Source: Telmatospirillum sp. (GTDB taxonomy: Bacteria > Pseudomonadota > Alphaproteobacteria > Rhodospirillales > Magnetospirillaceae). Taken from it: a stretch of DNA of 47,987 nt. The notes beneath the pieces are model-generated. The model searched no databases. It was given only the letters and a program-made list of their open reading frames with translations, and was not told the origin of the DNA. Location: assembly GCA_035604255.1 (NCBI GenBank), contig DATNIV010000500.1, positions 1 to 47,987 of the forward strand. The letters are read 5' to 3'. The translations under genes and the position numbers were made by a program. Below, piece by piece: positions 40,034-47,987 of this stretch. Within the stretch, counting starts at the first letter, position 1; every line of letters starts with the position of its first letter.

Positions 40034-40942
40034 ATGAATTCCATGAAGTTAAGAGGCGTTATTCCTCCGGTCCCTACCATCGTCGATCGGGATGGAAATC
40101 TCGACAAAGTCGGCATGGGGATGGTGATCGACAGGTTGGTGCAGTCGGACGTCAACGGTCTCCTTTTTTTGGGGAGTGGCGGCGAGTTCTGCCATATGAC
40201 CAACAAAATGAGGAAGGAGGTGGCTGCGTTCGCCATCTCTTACACGAACGGCCGTCTACCGGTTCTTGTGTGCGTGGGTGCGCCCGGTACGGCGGAAGTC
40301 ATTGATCTCGGTCAGCATGCCAAGGCGTCGGGCGCCGATGGTGTTCTTGTCATCAATCCCTATTATGCGTTGTTGAGCCAAGATCATCTTTACCATCATT
40401 ATACGAAGATCGCCGCGGCGTTGGACTTGCCGATCTTTCTTTACAATTTCCCGGCCTTGACGGGGCAGGACATTAATATTCCATTGATCTTATCGCTGGC
40501 TAGAGATTGTAAGAATATTGTTGGTATCAAAGATACGGTGGACAATATTAGTCATACCAGACAGATCATTACGTCCGTAAAGCATGAAATGCCGGAATTT
40601 ATGGTGTTTTCCGGCTTTGACGAATATCTTCTGGATAATTTGATATTGGGTGGGAACGGAGCCATTCCGGCCAGTTCCAATATCGCTCCCCAGATCTGTT
40701 GCGGCATTTACAAAGCGTTCGAGGAAAAGAATTTCGACAATGTGATCGGATTGCAGCGAAGACTGGCGGAACTGGTCCAACTCTACGCTCTGGAACCGGC
40801 CCATTTCGGGGTGATCAAGGAGGCCATGCGGATGACCGGTCTCGATATCTCGACGGCGACGCTTTCGCCCATCACCCCGCTGTCGCCGGAAAAACAGGCG
40901 GTGCTGAAGGGTATCCTTGGGCGCTGCGGCCTCTTGCCGTAG
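40034..40942 (+). CDS. DHDPS/NAL-family aldolase, YagE/YjhH-like (2-keto-3-deoxy sugar acid aldolase), AT-rich
   Basis: FLGSGGEF, INPYY, LYNFPALTGQD and GIKDTVD motifs as in E. coli YagE, not the GTTGE of DapA. Confidence 0.85.
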   Translation: MNSMKLRGVIPPVPTIVDRDGNLDKVGMGMVIDRLVQSDVNGLLFLGSGGEFCHMTNKMRKEVAAFAISYTNGRLPVLVCVGAPGTAEVIDLGQHAKASGADGVLVINPYYALLSQDHLYHHYTKIAAALDLPIFLYNFPALTGQDINIPLILSLARDCKNIVGIKDTVDNISHTRQIITSVKHEMPEFMVFSGFDEYLLDNLILGGNGAIPASSNIAPQICCGIYKAFEEKNFDNVIGLQRRLAELVQLYALEPAHFGVIKEAMRMTGLDISTATLSPITPLSPEKQAVLKGILGRCGLLP

Positions 40943-40955
40943 GACTGATTAAGTT

Positions 40956-41216
40956 ATCCGCAGATGACGCCGATAGACGCAGATCAGAAAATTCATCGAA
41001 AAAAGAGTATTTCACCACAGAGCCACAGAGGCACAGAGATATTTCAATGTATTACGGAAATATGAAGGCAAAACGTGGGGTGAAGTCTCGAATATATTCG
41101 ACAAAGTCTTCATTTTTCCTCTGCGTTCTCTGCGTTCTCTGTGTCTCTGTGTCTCTGTGTCTCTGTGTCTCTGCGGTTCATCCGCCGAATTTATATTTAT
41201 CTGCGTAATCTGCGGT
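40956..41216. repeat. Nested periodic inverted-repeat elements
   Basis: Outer pair: atccgcagatgacgccgatagacgcagat (40956-40984) and atctgcgtaatctgcgg (41199-41215). Inner pair: accacagagccacagaggcacagag (41014-41038) and (ctctgcgtt)2(ctctgtgt)4ctctgcggt (41119-41177). Confidence 0.9.
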
Positions 41217-41237
41217 GAAAACCGATATCTGTAGCCG

Positions 41238-44174
41238 CTACTTGCTTCCGCAGGCGGCGCGGGCGGCGGCCAGGAGGGCGGCGCGGTCGCCGGAGAGATC
41301 CGCGCCGTTGCGATTGGCCGGCGGGATCTGACCGCCTTTCATCCCGGTCCACAGCGCCGCGTTGAATCGTTCGGTATCGAGATGATCTTCCACCATGAAG
41401 TTCTGTCCCCGCATGACGCTTTCCCAATAGGCCGCGTCGTGGCCGGGCGCGGCAAAACAATCGGCCGTCGCCTCGGACGGGCCGCCGGCCGGCAGCGGCA
41501 ACTGGCTGCGCCGCAACAGCGGGGGGACCTGGGCTTGATAGTCCCAGCCGGTCGACGCCGGATCGAACAAATCGGCCATCGGCTCGGCCAGGCCATCGTT
41601 CAGTCCCATGGGCGACAAACCCAGGATGTCCTCGATGGTCCGCAACAGATTGACCGTGTTGTAGGGTGTCGATATGACGACGCCTTGCCGGACCGTCGGA
41701 CCGGCGGCGAAGGCCAGGGTACGATGAGCGTCGACATGGTCGGCGCCACCTTGCGCGTCGTCCTCGACCGAGAGAATCAGGGTGTCGTCCTTGAACGGAC
41801 TGCCGGCCACGCGCTCAACCAGACGTCCCAAGGCATAGTCGTTGTCGGCCATCTGAAGTTCCACCGTGTTCACTCCGTCGATGGCGTTGGCGAAATTGCC
41901 GAAATGATCGTTCGGCAGGCGGACCAGCATCAACTGGGGCAGGCTGCCCTTGGCGATGAAGCCGTCGAACTCGCGCTCCCATTCGCGGATCCGCCAGAAA
42001 TCGGGCAGCCGCAGGTCGAAACCACGATAGTAGGGGTCGGTGTTGCCCATCAGAGCCGCTTTGGTCGGCATGGCGACCGTTACGCCATCCGCGGCCGGTT
42101 GACGAAGCAGCGGAACGGCATGCGGACCGTCCGTCGTTGTCCGTTCCAGATCCACGTAGAATCCATAGTTGCGCAAGGACAGTCCGGCCCGCGCCGCGCT
42201 GTCCCACAAGGCGCCGGCGCCGGTCTCGCCATGCGGTCCGTCGGGCGCCGCGATGTCGGCGGTGCCCGGCAGCAGGTCGGCGTCGTCCGGATTGTCCGGA
42301 TTGGCCTCCTTACGGTCCCGCTGGCTGGCCAATCCGACATTGACGCCGCGATTGACGCCCTCCCAGTCATAGGTGAGGCCCCGCCCGGCATAGAGGATCG
42401 GCGCCGCCTTCTCGGTGAAATCGGTGGTTCGCGCCGACGTGCTCCACAGCCAGCCCGAGTTGCTGACTTCGCCACTGGCGAAAAAGGCGTCGAGCGTGAC
42501 GAAGCGACGGGCCAAGGCGTGATGGTTGGGACTGAGCGAGGCGGGAAACAGGACAAGTCTGGGGTCGCCGTTGCCCATTTCCAGATCGCCCAGCACTTGA
42601 TCGAAGGCGCGGTTCTCCTTGATGACATAGATGATGTGCTTGATCCGCTGACGAACGGCATCCATGACCTGCTGGTTGTGGCCGTGATCGGCGAAACCCG
42701 GGAAATGGTTGTTGGCGGCCACCTGCCAGGTCAATTGGGCGAGCGCCGCCGGTTTGGGCGGCGGTAGGCTCATCAGGCCGGCTTTTTCCAATTGCCAGAT
42801 GTAGCGGTTGTTGGCACGGCAAGGTGAGTGGGTCTCGGTCGTCGCCAGCGTGTCCCGACAGCCGCCGGCATTGGGACCGGCCGGGCTTTTGGCGTTGGCC
42901 ACAAAGATCCGGCGGCCATCGGCGCGGATCGCCACGGCGCTCGGATACCAGCCGGTGGGGATCAGTCCGACCACCCGGCTTTTTGGCGGCGCGGCTCCGT
43001 TGGCCGCGGCGGGAGCGTCATCATCATCATCATCGTCATCGGCCTTGTTCTTGGCCGGAACGGGCAGGTTTCCGGCGACCGGTCCGAGCGCGATCACCGC
43101 CAGCGAATTGGTGCCGCCATTGGTGACCAGCAGACTCCGTTGATCGGGGGACAGGGCCAGCTGGTTGGGGCTGGCACCGCGCAGTTCCTCGCTGTTCTTG
43201 AACAAGGTGGCGGGGGCGACGGTGGGAATTTCTTCGATGATGGAATCGGTCGCGGTGTCGATCGCCACTACGCTGTCGCTGTTGTCGAGGACGGCGAACA
43301 GCCGGCTGCCGTCGCGGTTGATGTCCATGGCCGTTGGTTGGCCGGAGGTCTTGATCCGGCTTTGCACCGTGATTGCCGTCCCGTCGATCGCCAGCACGAC
43401 GATTTCCCGATCCCGTTGACTGGAGACATAGGCTTTGCGGGACGACTGCCAGCGAATTTGAATGGGATATTCGCCGCCGGCGATGCCGCTCTGCGTTGCG
43501 TCGATCTTGCCGGGCCGCAGGTCGCGTTCCGCCAATTGGCGCCGCTGGGCCAGATCGATCAAGGTCACCGAATCGTTCTCGTAATTGGCCACCAGAAGAC
43601 GCCGGCTGAGCGGATCGACCGCAAGCCCGGCGGCCATCGGCTTGACCCCGCGGCCCACTCCCGCTTTGTGGCCCAGGGCATAGGCGCCGTCGGGTTCGAA
43701 GCTGGCGTCTCGACGGGTGAAGACCGCCACGCGGTCGTCGATTCCGCCGCTGACGAAAAACCGCTGTCCGTCCGGCGCCCAGGCCAAGCCGAGGAAGCTG
43801 TTGGGCAGCGTCAAGACTTGGCGTTTCCGCGGGATATCGCCTTCAATGTCGTAGACGAAGATATATTCGTTGGATTGCTCGGCGATCTTGCCGGCCGGCC
43901 CATAGGTCAGATTGAAGCCGCTGGTCAGCAACAGAAGGGTCTTGCCGTCGGGGCTTTGGGCCATGGCGACGGCATGGTCGGCGCGGAATTGCGGATTGCC
44001 TGGCAAGTCGGGATCCAGGGCTTGAAGATCGGCGCCGGGCGCCGCCAGCGGCGTGATCCACGCACCGGTCGGCAGCAAATCGCCGGTCAGCAGGGGTTTC
44101 CGCTCGGCCGCGATGGACGGAGGCGAGACCAGGATGGCGACGAACAAAAAGGCCAGCAAGCCGAAGCGCTTCAT
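41238..44174 (-). CDS. Secreted YncE-like beta-propeller / phosphoesterase (alkaline phosphatase superfamily) fusion
   Basis: Signal peptide, propeller repeats, IKHIIYVIKENRAFDQVLGD, LPNDH and EDDAQGGADHVDAHR motifs. Confidence 0.88.
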   Translation of the reverse strand: MKRFGLLAFLFVAILVSPPSIAAERKPLLTGDLLPTGAWITPLAAPGADLQALDPDLPGNPQFRADHAVAMAQSPDGKTLLLLTSGFNLTYGPAGKIAEQSNEYIFVYDIEGDIPRKRQVLTLPNSFLGLAWAPDGQRFFVSGGIDDRVAVFTRRDASFEPDGAYALGHKAGVGRGVKPMAAGLAVDPLSRRLLVANYENDSVTLIDLAQRRQLAERDLRPGKIDATQSGIAGGEYPIQIRWQSSRKAYVSSQRDREIVVLAIDGTAITVQSRIKTSGQPTAMDINRDGSRLFAVLDNSDSVVAIDTATDSIIEEIPTVAPATLFKNSEELRGASPNQLALSPDQRSLLVTNGGTNSLAVIALGPVAGNLPVPAKNKADDDDDDDDAPAAANGAAPPKSRVVGLIPTGWYPSAVAIRADGRRIFVANAKSPAGPNAGGCRDTLATTETHSPCRANNRYIWQLEKAGLMSLPPPKPAALAQLTWQVAANNHFPGFADHGHNQQVMDAVRQRIKHIIYVIKENRAFDQVLGDLEMGNGDPRLVLFPASLSPNHHALARRFVTLDAFFASGEVSNSGWLWSTSARTTDFTEKAAPILYAGRGLTYDWEGVNRGVNVGLASQRDRKEANPDNPDDADLLPGTADIAAPDGPHGETGAGALWDSAARAGLSLRNYGFYVDLERTTTDGPHAVPLLRQPAADGVTVAMPTKAALMGNTDPYYRGFDLRLPDFWRIREWEREFDGFIAKGSLPQLMLVRLPNDHFGNFANAIDGVNTVELQMADNDYALGRLVERVAGSPFKDDTLILSVEDDAQGGADHVDAHRTLAFAAGPTVRQGVVISTPYNTVNLLRTIEDILGLSPMGLNDGLAEPMADLFDPASTGWDYQAQVPPLLRRSQLPLPAGGPSEATADCFAAPGHDAAYWESVMRGQNFMVEDHLDTERFNAALWTGMKGGQIPPANRNGADLSGDRAALLAAARAACGSK

Positions 44175-44309
44175 CTTCCCGGTTCCCCCGCGAGGTTTCG
44201 GAAGTCTATCGTTAAGCACATGGGACCGAGGTTGGGGAAGGGATAGTTTGGCGAGTGTTTTGTGACACTCAAGGGCCTCGCCTCTTGGGTGAAATAGGGA
44301 GCATGCGGC

Positions 44310-45416
44310 GTGACAGTGGCGACAAGCGCTTGGTGGGGATTATGCCTTGTTCTGTTTGCCGTCGCCGCGGTGGCGGAAGAGCCATCCTTGGCCACGACCA
44401 CCCTTCCCTCGCTGGAAGCGCCGACCAATCACGGCCCCGGTCTGGTGGAACTGCCGTTCGGCGGGTTGCTGGCCTGTTGGTATGCGGGGACCACGGAGGC
44501 CAATGCGGACAGTCGAATTCTGTGCAGCGCGAGCGACGATGGCGGCCGGACCTGGTCCCCGTCGCGGATCGTGGTGGCGGCCGGAGACCAGGCCGTCGGC
44601 GCCGACGCGCCCAACAAAAGTCTCGGCAACGTCACGCTCTATCACGACCGAAGCGGCCGCCTTTGGATGATTTATGGCGTGATAGAGCGTTGGGACTGGC
44701 CCATCATCGGCAATCTATGCCGGAACTGGCTGTGCGGGAGGGTCGATGCCATGATTTCGCTCGACCAGGGCCGGACATGGTCCCCGTCGGTTCGGTTCGA
44801 CGACCAGACCGGCGCCTTGCCGCGGGCCAAGCCCGTGTCCGTCGGGGCGGCCGGGGATGCTATTCCGCTTTATCTTGAAGGCGCCGAAACCTCTTTCCTG
44901 CGCGTCTTCGATCTCGCCCGGGCCGTGCCGGGATCGCCACCGGAGACGGGGCGGATTTTTCGGCTGGCGGCGTCCAGCTTGATTCAGCCTGCCCTGCTGG
45001 TTCAGGCCGATGGCAGGGTTCGGGCCTTCCTGCGCGACAGCCGCGGTCGCTCGATCTATACCGCCGTGCTCGATTTGGCGTCAGGCCGTTGGACTCCGGC
45101 CATCGCCACCAATCTGCCCAATCCGGGGTCCGCCGTGGATGCCTTTTTCGACGACAAGGGGGCCTTCATCCTGGTCTATAACCCGAGCAACAGCGATCGA
45201 TCCGTCCTCAGGCTCGCCCGCTCCAACGACGGTTTGCATTTTGATCCGGGATGCGATATCGCGGTTGGGCAAGGCGAGGTTGCCTATCCAACGGTCATCC
45301 GCACCGCCGACGGCGACTGGCACGTCGTCTATTCATCGGATGACAAGACACGGATCCGCCACGTTCGCTTCGACGCGGCTTGGCTGGATCGTTGCTTCGA
45401 AAGGGATAACCCGTAA
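44310..45416 (+). CDS. Secreted BNR/Asp-box (sialidase-like) protein
   Basis: Signal peptide, Asp boxes SDDGGRTW, SLDQGRTW and SNDGLHF, plus LPNPGS and AYP. Confidence 0.85.
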   Translation: MTVATSAWWGLCLVLFAVAAVAEEPSLATTTLPSLEAPTNHGPGLVELPFGGLLACWYAGTTEANADSRILCSASDDGGRTWSPSRIVVAAGDQAVGADAPNKSLGNVTLYHDRSGRLWMIYGVIERWDWPIIGNLCRNWLCGRVDAMISLDQGRTWSPSVRFDDQTGALPRAKPVSVGAAGDAIPLYLEGAETSFLRVFDLARAVPGSPPETGRIFRLAASSLIQPALLVQADGRVRAFLRDSRGRSIYTAVLDLASGRWTPAIATNLPNPGSAVDAFFDDKGAFILVYNPSNSDRSVLRLARSNDGLHFDPGCDIAVGQGEVAYPTVIRTADGDWHVVYSSDDKTRIRHVRFDAAWLDRCFERDNP

Positions 45417-45422
45417 GCGGCC

Positions 45423-45851
45423 TCAACTGTCGGTGTCGTCGCGTTTGCCTTCCAGCAATCGCGACAGGCAGGCGGCCTGGGCGGCGGGCGTGAGATTGCG
45501 GCTGCGCAACTCGGCATGGGTAACGCGTTGGGCGCCTTTATCCTCGTAAAGGAAGAGGTCGAGGACGCAGCCTGGACCAAAATATTGCCAGATTTCGGCG
45601 GGGTTTTCCCGTCGGCGGTAGCTGGGATCTCCCAATTTCGCCGTCAAGTCGCCCGCTGTCAGGCCGCGCAGACGGCTGAGATCGTCGTCTCCGCCGGCCG
45701 GAGGGCGACCTTCCGGGATCGCGTTCGGCTGCGTTCCCGGCGCGCCTGGGCGGCCCATCGTCGCTATCGGCCGCGTGCCTTCGCAGGCGCCGAGCAGCAG
45801 AACGAGGCAAAGGGTGGCCAGCGGGGCCAAACGGGGATGGAAAAAAGACAT
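45423..45851 (-). CDS. Hypothetical lipoprotein
   Basis: Lipobox LGAC and LGDPSYRRRE...IWQY...CVLDLFLY. Confidence 0.8.
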   Translation of the reverse strand: MSFFHPRLAPLATLCLVLLLGACEGTRPIATMGRPGAPGTQPNAIPEGRPPAGGDDDLSRLRGLTAGDLTAKLGDPSYRRRENPAEIWQYFGPGCVLDLFLYEDKGAQRVTHAELRSRNLTPAAQAACLSRLLEGKRDDTDS

Positions 45852-45920
45852 GGCGATTTGATTTCCGACGCGTTCTTCGGGCGCGAGAATAGCGCGCCAT
45901 GCGGCTTTCTCAAATGCCGA

Positions 45921-46604
45921 TTAGCTGGCTTCGTTGCCTCGGGTCCGCAATTTTTCCACCTCATGAACCATGGCGGCGGTTGCGATCAAGGGGGCGAAAA
46001 GGTTGATCACGGGCAGCGTCGACAGGACGGCGAGCACGATGCCCAATAACCACAGACGCAAGCGATGCCGCCGTCGTAAAGCGTCGGCGTCGCGTGGGCC
46101 CATGCGGCGCCCGGCGACGATTTCGAAATAGTCGCGCGACAGCAGATAGCCGTTGACGATGTAATAGAGACCGACGCCGATTCCGGCAAACAACAACAGC
46201 AGGTAAACCGGCAGCGCCAGAAGGTTGATGACGAAGGCGACGCCGCTAAAACGGAGCGCGATCCACAGGCTTTCCCAGAGTCCTTGACGACGTGGCGGAG
46301 GCAGTGCGGGAAAATGTTTGTCTTCGACGGCCGCGGCGACGGTTTCCAGAAGAAAGCTCATCAGCAGGGTGGCGATGCTGGGAAACAACAACAAGGTGAC
46401 GACGAAGATCGCCAAGCCGCCCAACAGGTCGGTCACGGTGTCGGCCCAGCCGATATGGAACGGCCGCAAGCCGGTTAATCCCCAGCCGACGGCCAGATAA
46501 AGCAATCCATAAAGAACGACGGTGCCGATCAGTCCGCTCCACAGAACCCGACGAAAACGAGGGTCCGGTAATTGGGCGATGGCTCTGGTCAATGATGTGA
46601 TCAT
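45921..46604 (-). CDS. EI24/CysZ-like membrane protein
   Basis: AVEDKHFP, NGYLLSRDYF and PVINLFAP motifs; several TMs. Confidence 0.85.
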   Translation of the reverse strand: MITSLTRAIAQLPDPRFRRVLWSGLIGTVVLYGLLYLAVGWGLTGLRPFHIGWADTVTDLLGGLAIFVVTLLLFPSIATLLMSFLLETVAAAVEDKHFPALPPPRRQGLWESLWIALRFSGVAFVINLLALPVYLLLLFAGIGVGLYYIVNGYLLSRDYFEIVAGRRMGPRDADALRRRHRLRLWLLGIVLAVLSTLPVINLFAPLIATAAMVHEVEKLRTRGNEAS

Positions 46605-46689
46605 CGGTCGGGTAACCTGTCTCTAAGTCATGGCCGAATTTTTTCGGCCCGAAGCGCGATGCCGGCGACGTGGGGGTGAGACATACAGA

Positions 46690-47037
46690 TTAAAGCACAA
46701 CTCGGCAAGATTGCCCGAGGGGCGCACGGCGGTGGTCCGAACGCCAGGCGGCGCGGGATCGTGACAGAGCGACATCCACTGTCGTCTGTTGATGTCGCGG
46801 TTTCATGACCGAGGCGATTTCCTCCGCGGCCACGGCCGGAAAGCCATCTTCGATATGGCGAATGGCGTGCAATAGAAAATGCGCTTCCCATTCGGTCGGA
46901 GCCCAGGTCTCAAATGCCTTGATGATTTCGTCGACCACCTCTCCGAGCGCGCGGCGGCGCGCTTTCGAGTCAGGGATGATTCGAGCCTGCGCCAACATCT
47001 GACGAACCATTGACCAGTTTGGTCCAGAGTGTTCCAC
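46690..47037 (-). CDS. Hypothetical protein
   Basis: Fills the gap co-oriented with the downstream genes and has a protein-like helical composition. No motif recognised. Confidence 0.45.
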   Translation of the reverse strand: MEHSGPNWSMVRQMLAQARIIPDSKARRRALGEVVDEIIKAFETWAPTEWEAHFLLHAIRHIEDGFPAVAAEEIASVMKPRHQQTTVDVALSRSRAAWRSDHRRAPLGQSCRVVL

Positions 47038-47123
47038 GGTCGATCAAACTCCTTAAGAAGGCAAAGTCGTCCTTTTCCCGAGAGTTGCGATATCAAAGCA
47101 AATCGGAGGCCACCGCTTCCGGC

Positions 47124-47262
47124 TGGAGCCGGATGATTTTTGGTGGGATCGCCAAGCGATATCGCCAAAAATCTGAATCCGCCGCTATCTCAATGCAGTA
47201 GAGGCCGATTCAGACATTAGGTCGAAGCGGATCCGCTTCGACCTAATGTCATCGCGCTCTGA
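47124..47262. repeat. Two-hairpin MITE-like element containing a perfect 38-bp palindrome
   Basis: 47213-47250 gacattaggtcgaagcggatccgcttcgacctaatgtc is self-complementary. The preceding hairpin is gatttttgg...ccaaaaatc. Confidence 0.85.
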
Positions 47263-47299
47263 GGGAACGTCGGCTGTTTTGGCAATGTTTCGGGCGGAT

Positions 47300-47358
47300 T
47301 GCCCAAACCCAATGCTATTTTTGAGGGTGGTCCCAAATATATGCCCAAATTTTAGGCG
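47300..47358. promoter_or_regulatory. Candidate NtrC binding sites
   Basis: tgcccaaacccaatgc and tgcccaaattttaggcg resemble the TGCAC-N7-GTGCA type site, upstream of a -24/-12 element. Confidence 0.45.
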
Positions 47359-47421
47359 GTGTTACAGTGTTCGCGGGGCGGGCTACGCCAAAGCCCCTCG
47401 CTTGCCGCCATTTTTGCGAGT

Positions 47422-47437
47422 TGGCATGGAACTTGAT
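47422..47437 (+). promoter_or_regulatory. Sigma54-type promoter of glnK-amtB (non-canonical -12)
   Basis: TGGCATGGAACTTGAT: GG-N10-GA instead of GG-N10-GC. Confidence 0.6.
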
Positions 47438-47439
47438 AA

Positions 47440-47823
<384 letters not shown>

Positions 47824-47849
47824 TCCTTATGCGACCTTCGGGGGTAACC

Positions 47850-47987
47850 ATGAAGAGGACGATTAAGAGTTTGGTGTTTGGCGGAGGTCTGGCGATTGGC
47901 CTGACGGCGCTGAGCGGACTGGGTCTGGCGCAGGAAGCCGCTCCGGCGGCGGATGCGGCGGCGGCGGCGGCTCCGGCGGTTTTGGAC
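47850..47987 (+). CDS. amtB: Probable ammonium transporter, 5' end only
   Basis: MKRTIKSLVFGGGLAIGLTALSGLGLAQEAAPAA signal peptide right after the PII gene. Identity rests on context only. Confidence 0.6.
   Translation, partial: MKRTIKSLVFGGGLAIGLTALSGLGLAQEAAPAADAAAAAAPAVLD

Noticed and set aside
40034..40942. Calling this gene dapA because dapB is nearby
   Set aside because: The active-site motif is GSGGE (YagE-like), not GTTGE.
41119..41180. Tandem repeats as a possible CRISPR array
   Set aside because: The units are 8-9 nt with no unique spacers, and there are no cas genes in the window.
40699..41208. 169-aa ORF ending LCVLCVLCVSVSLCLCVS
   Set aside because: Out of frame within the aldolase gene; the Cys-rich tail is only a translation of the repeat arm.

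Overview
A GC-rich alphaproteobacterial chromosome segment. The gltD-gltB order, fused trpE(G), dnaK-dnaJ-dapB and glnK-amtB suggest Rhodospirillales; this is inference. Housekeeping genes (gltBD, trpEG, dnaKJ, dapB, nth, rsmB, glnK-amtB) alternate with envelope and polysaccharide genes, transporters, signalling proteins and three AT-rich, probably acquired genes. I found no tRNA, rRNA, CRISPR array, transposase, integrase or phage gene. Two real small ORFs are missing from the ORF track: a Trp-attenuator leader peptide (16576-16623) and a DUF1674/SDHAF4-like protein (32076-32228). The most unusual signals are: (1) a dispersed family of intergenic inverted-repeat elements built from 8-9-nt periodic CRCNRAK units, in at least five loci, nested in one locus and bracketing an AT-rich gene, with no mobilising gene in view; (2) further TA-ended hairpin-doublet elements that show compensatory base changes and supply stop codons or C-termini to neighbouring genes; (3) an intact UppP/BacA homologue lacking the catalytic serine motifs; (4) a GT-C-like membrane protein translationally coupled to asnB near a GtrB-like GT2. 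All calls are from reading motifs by eye; no searches were run.
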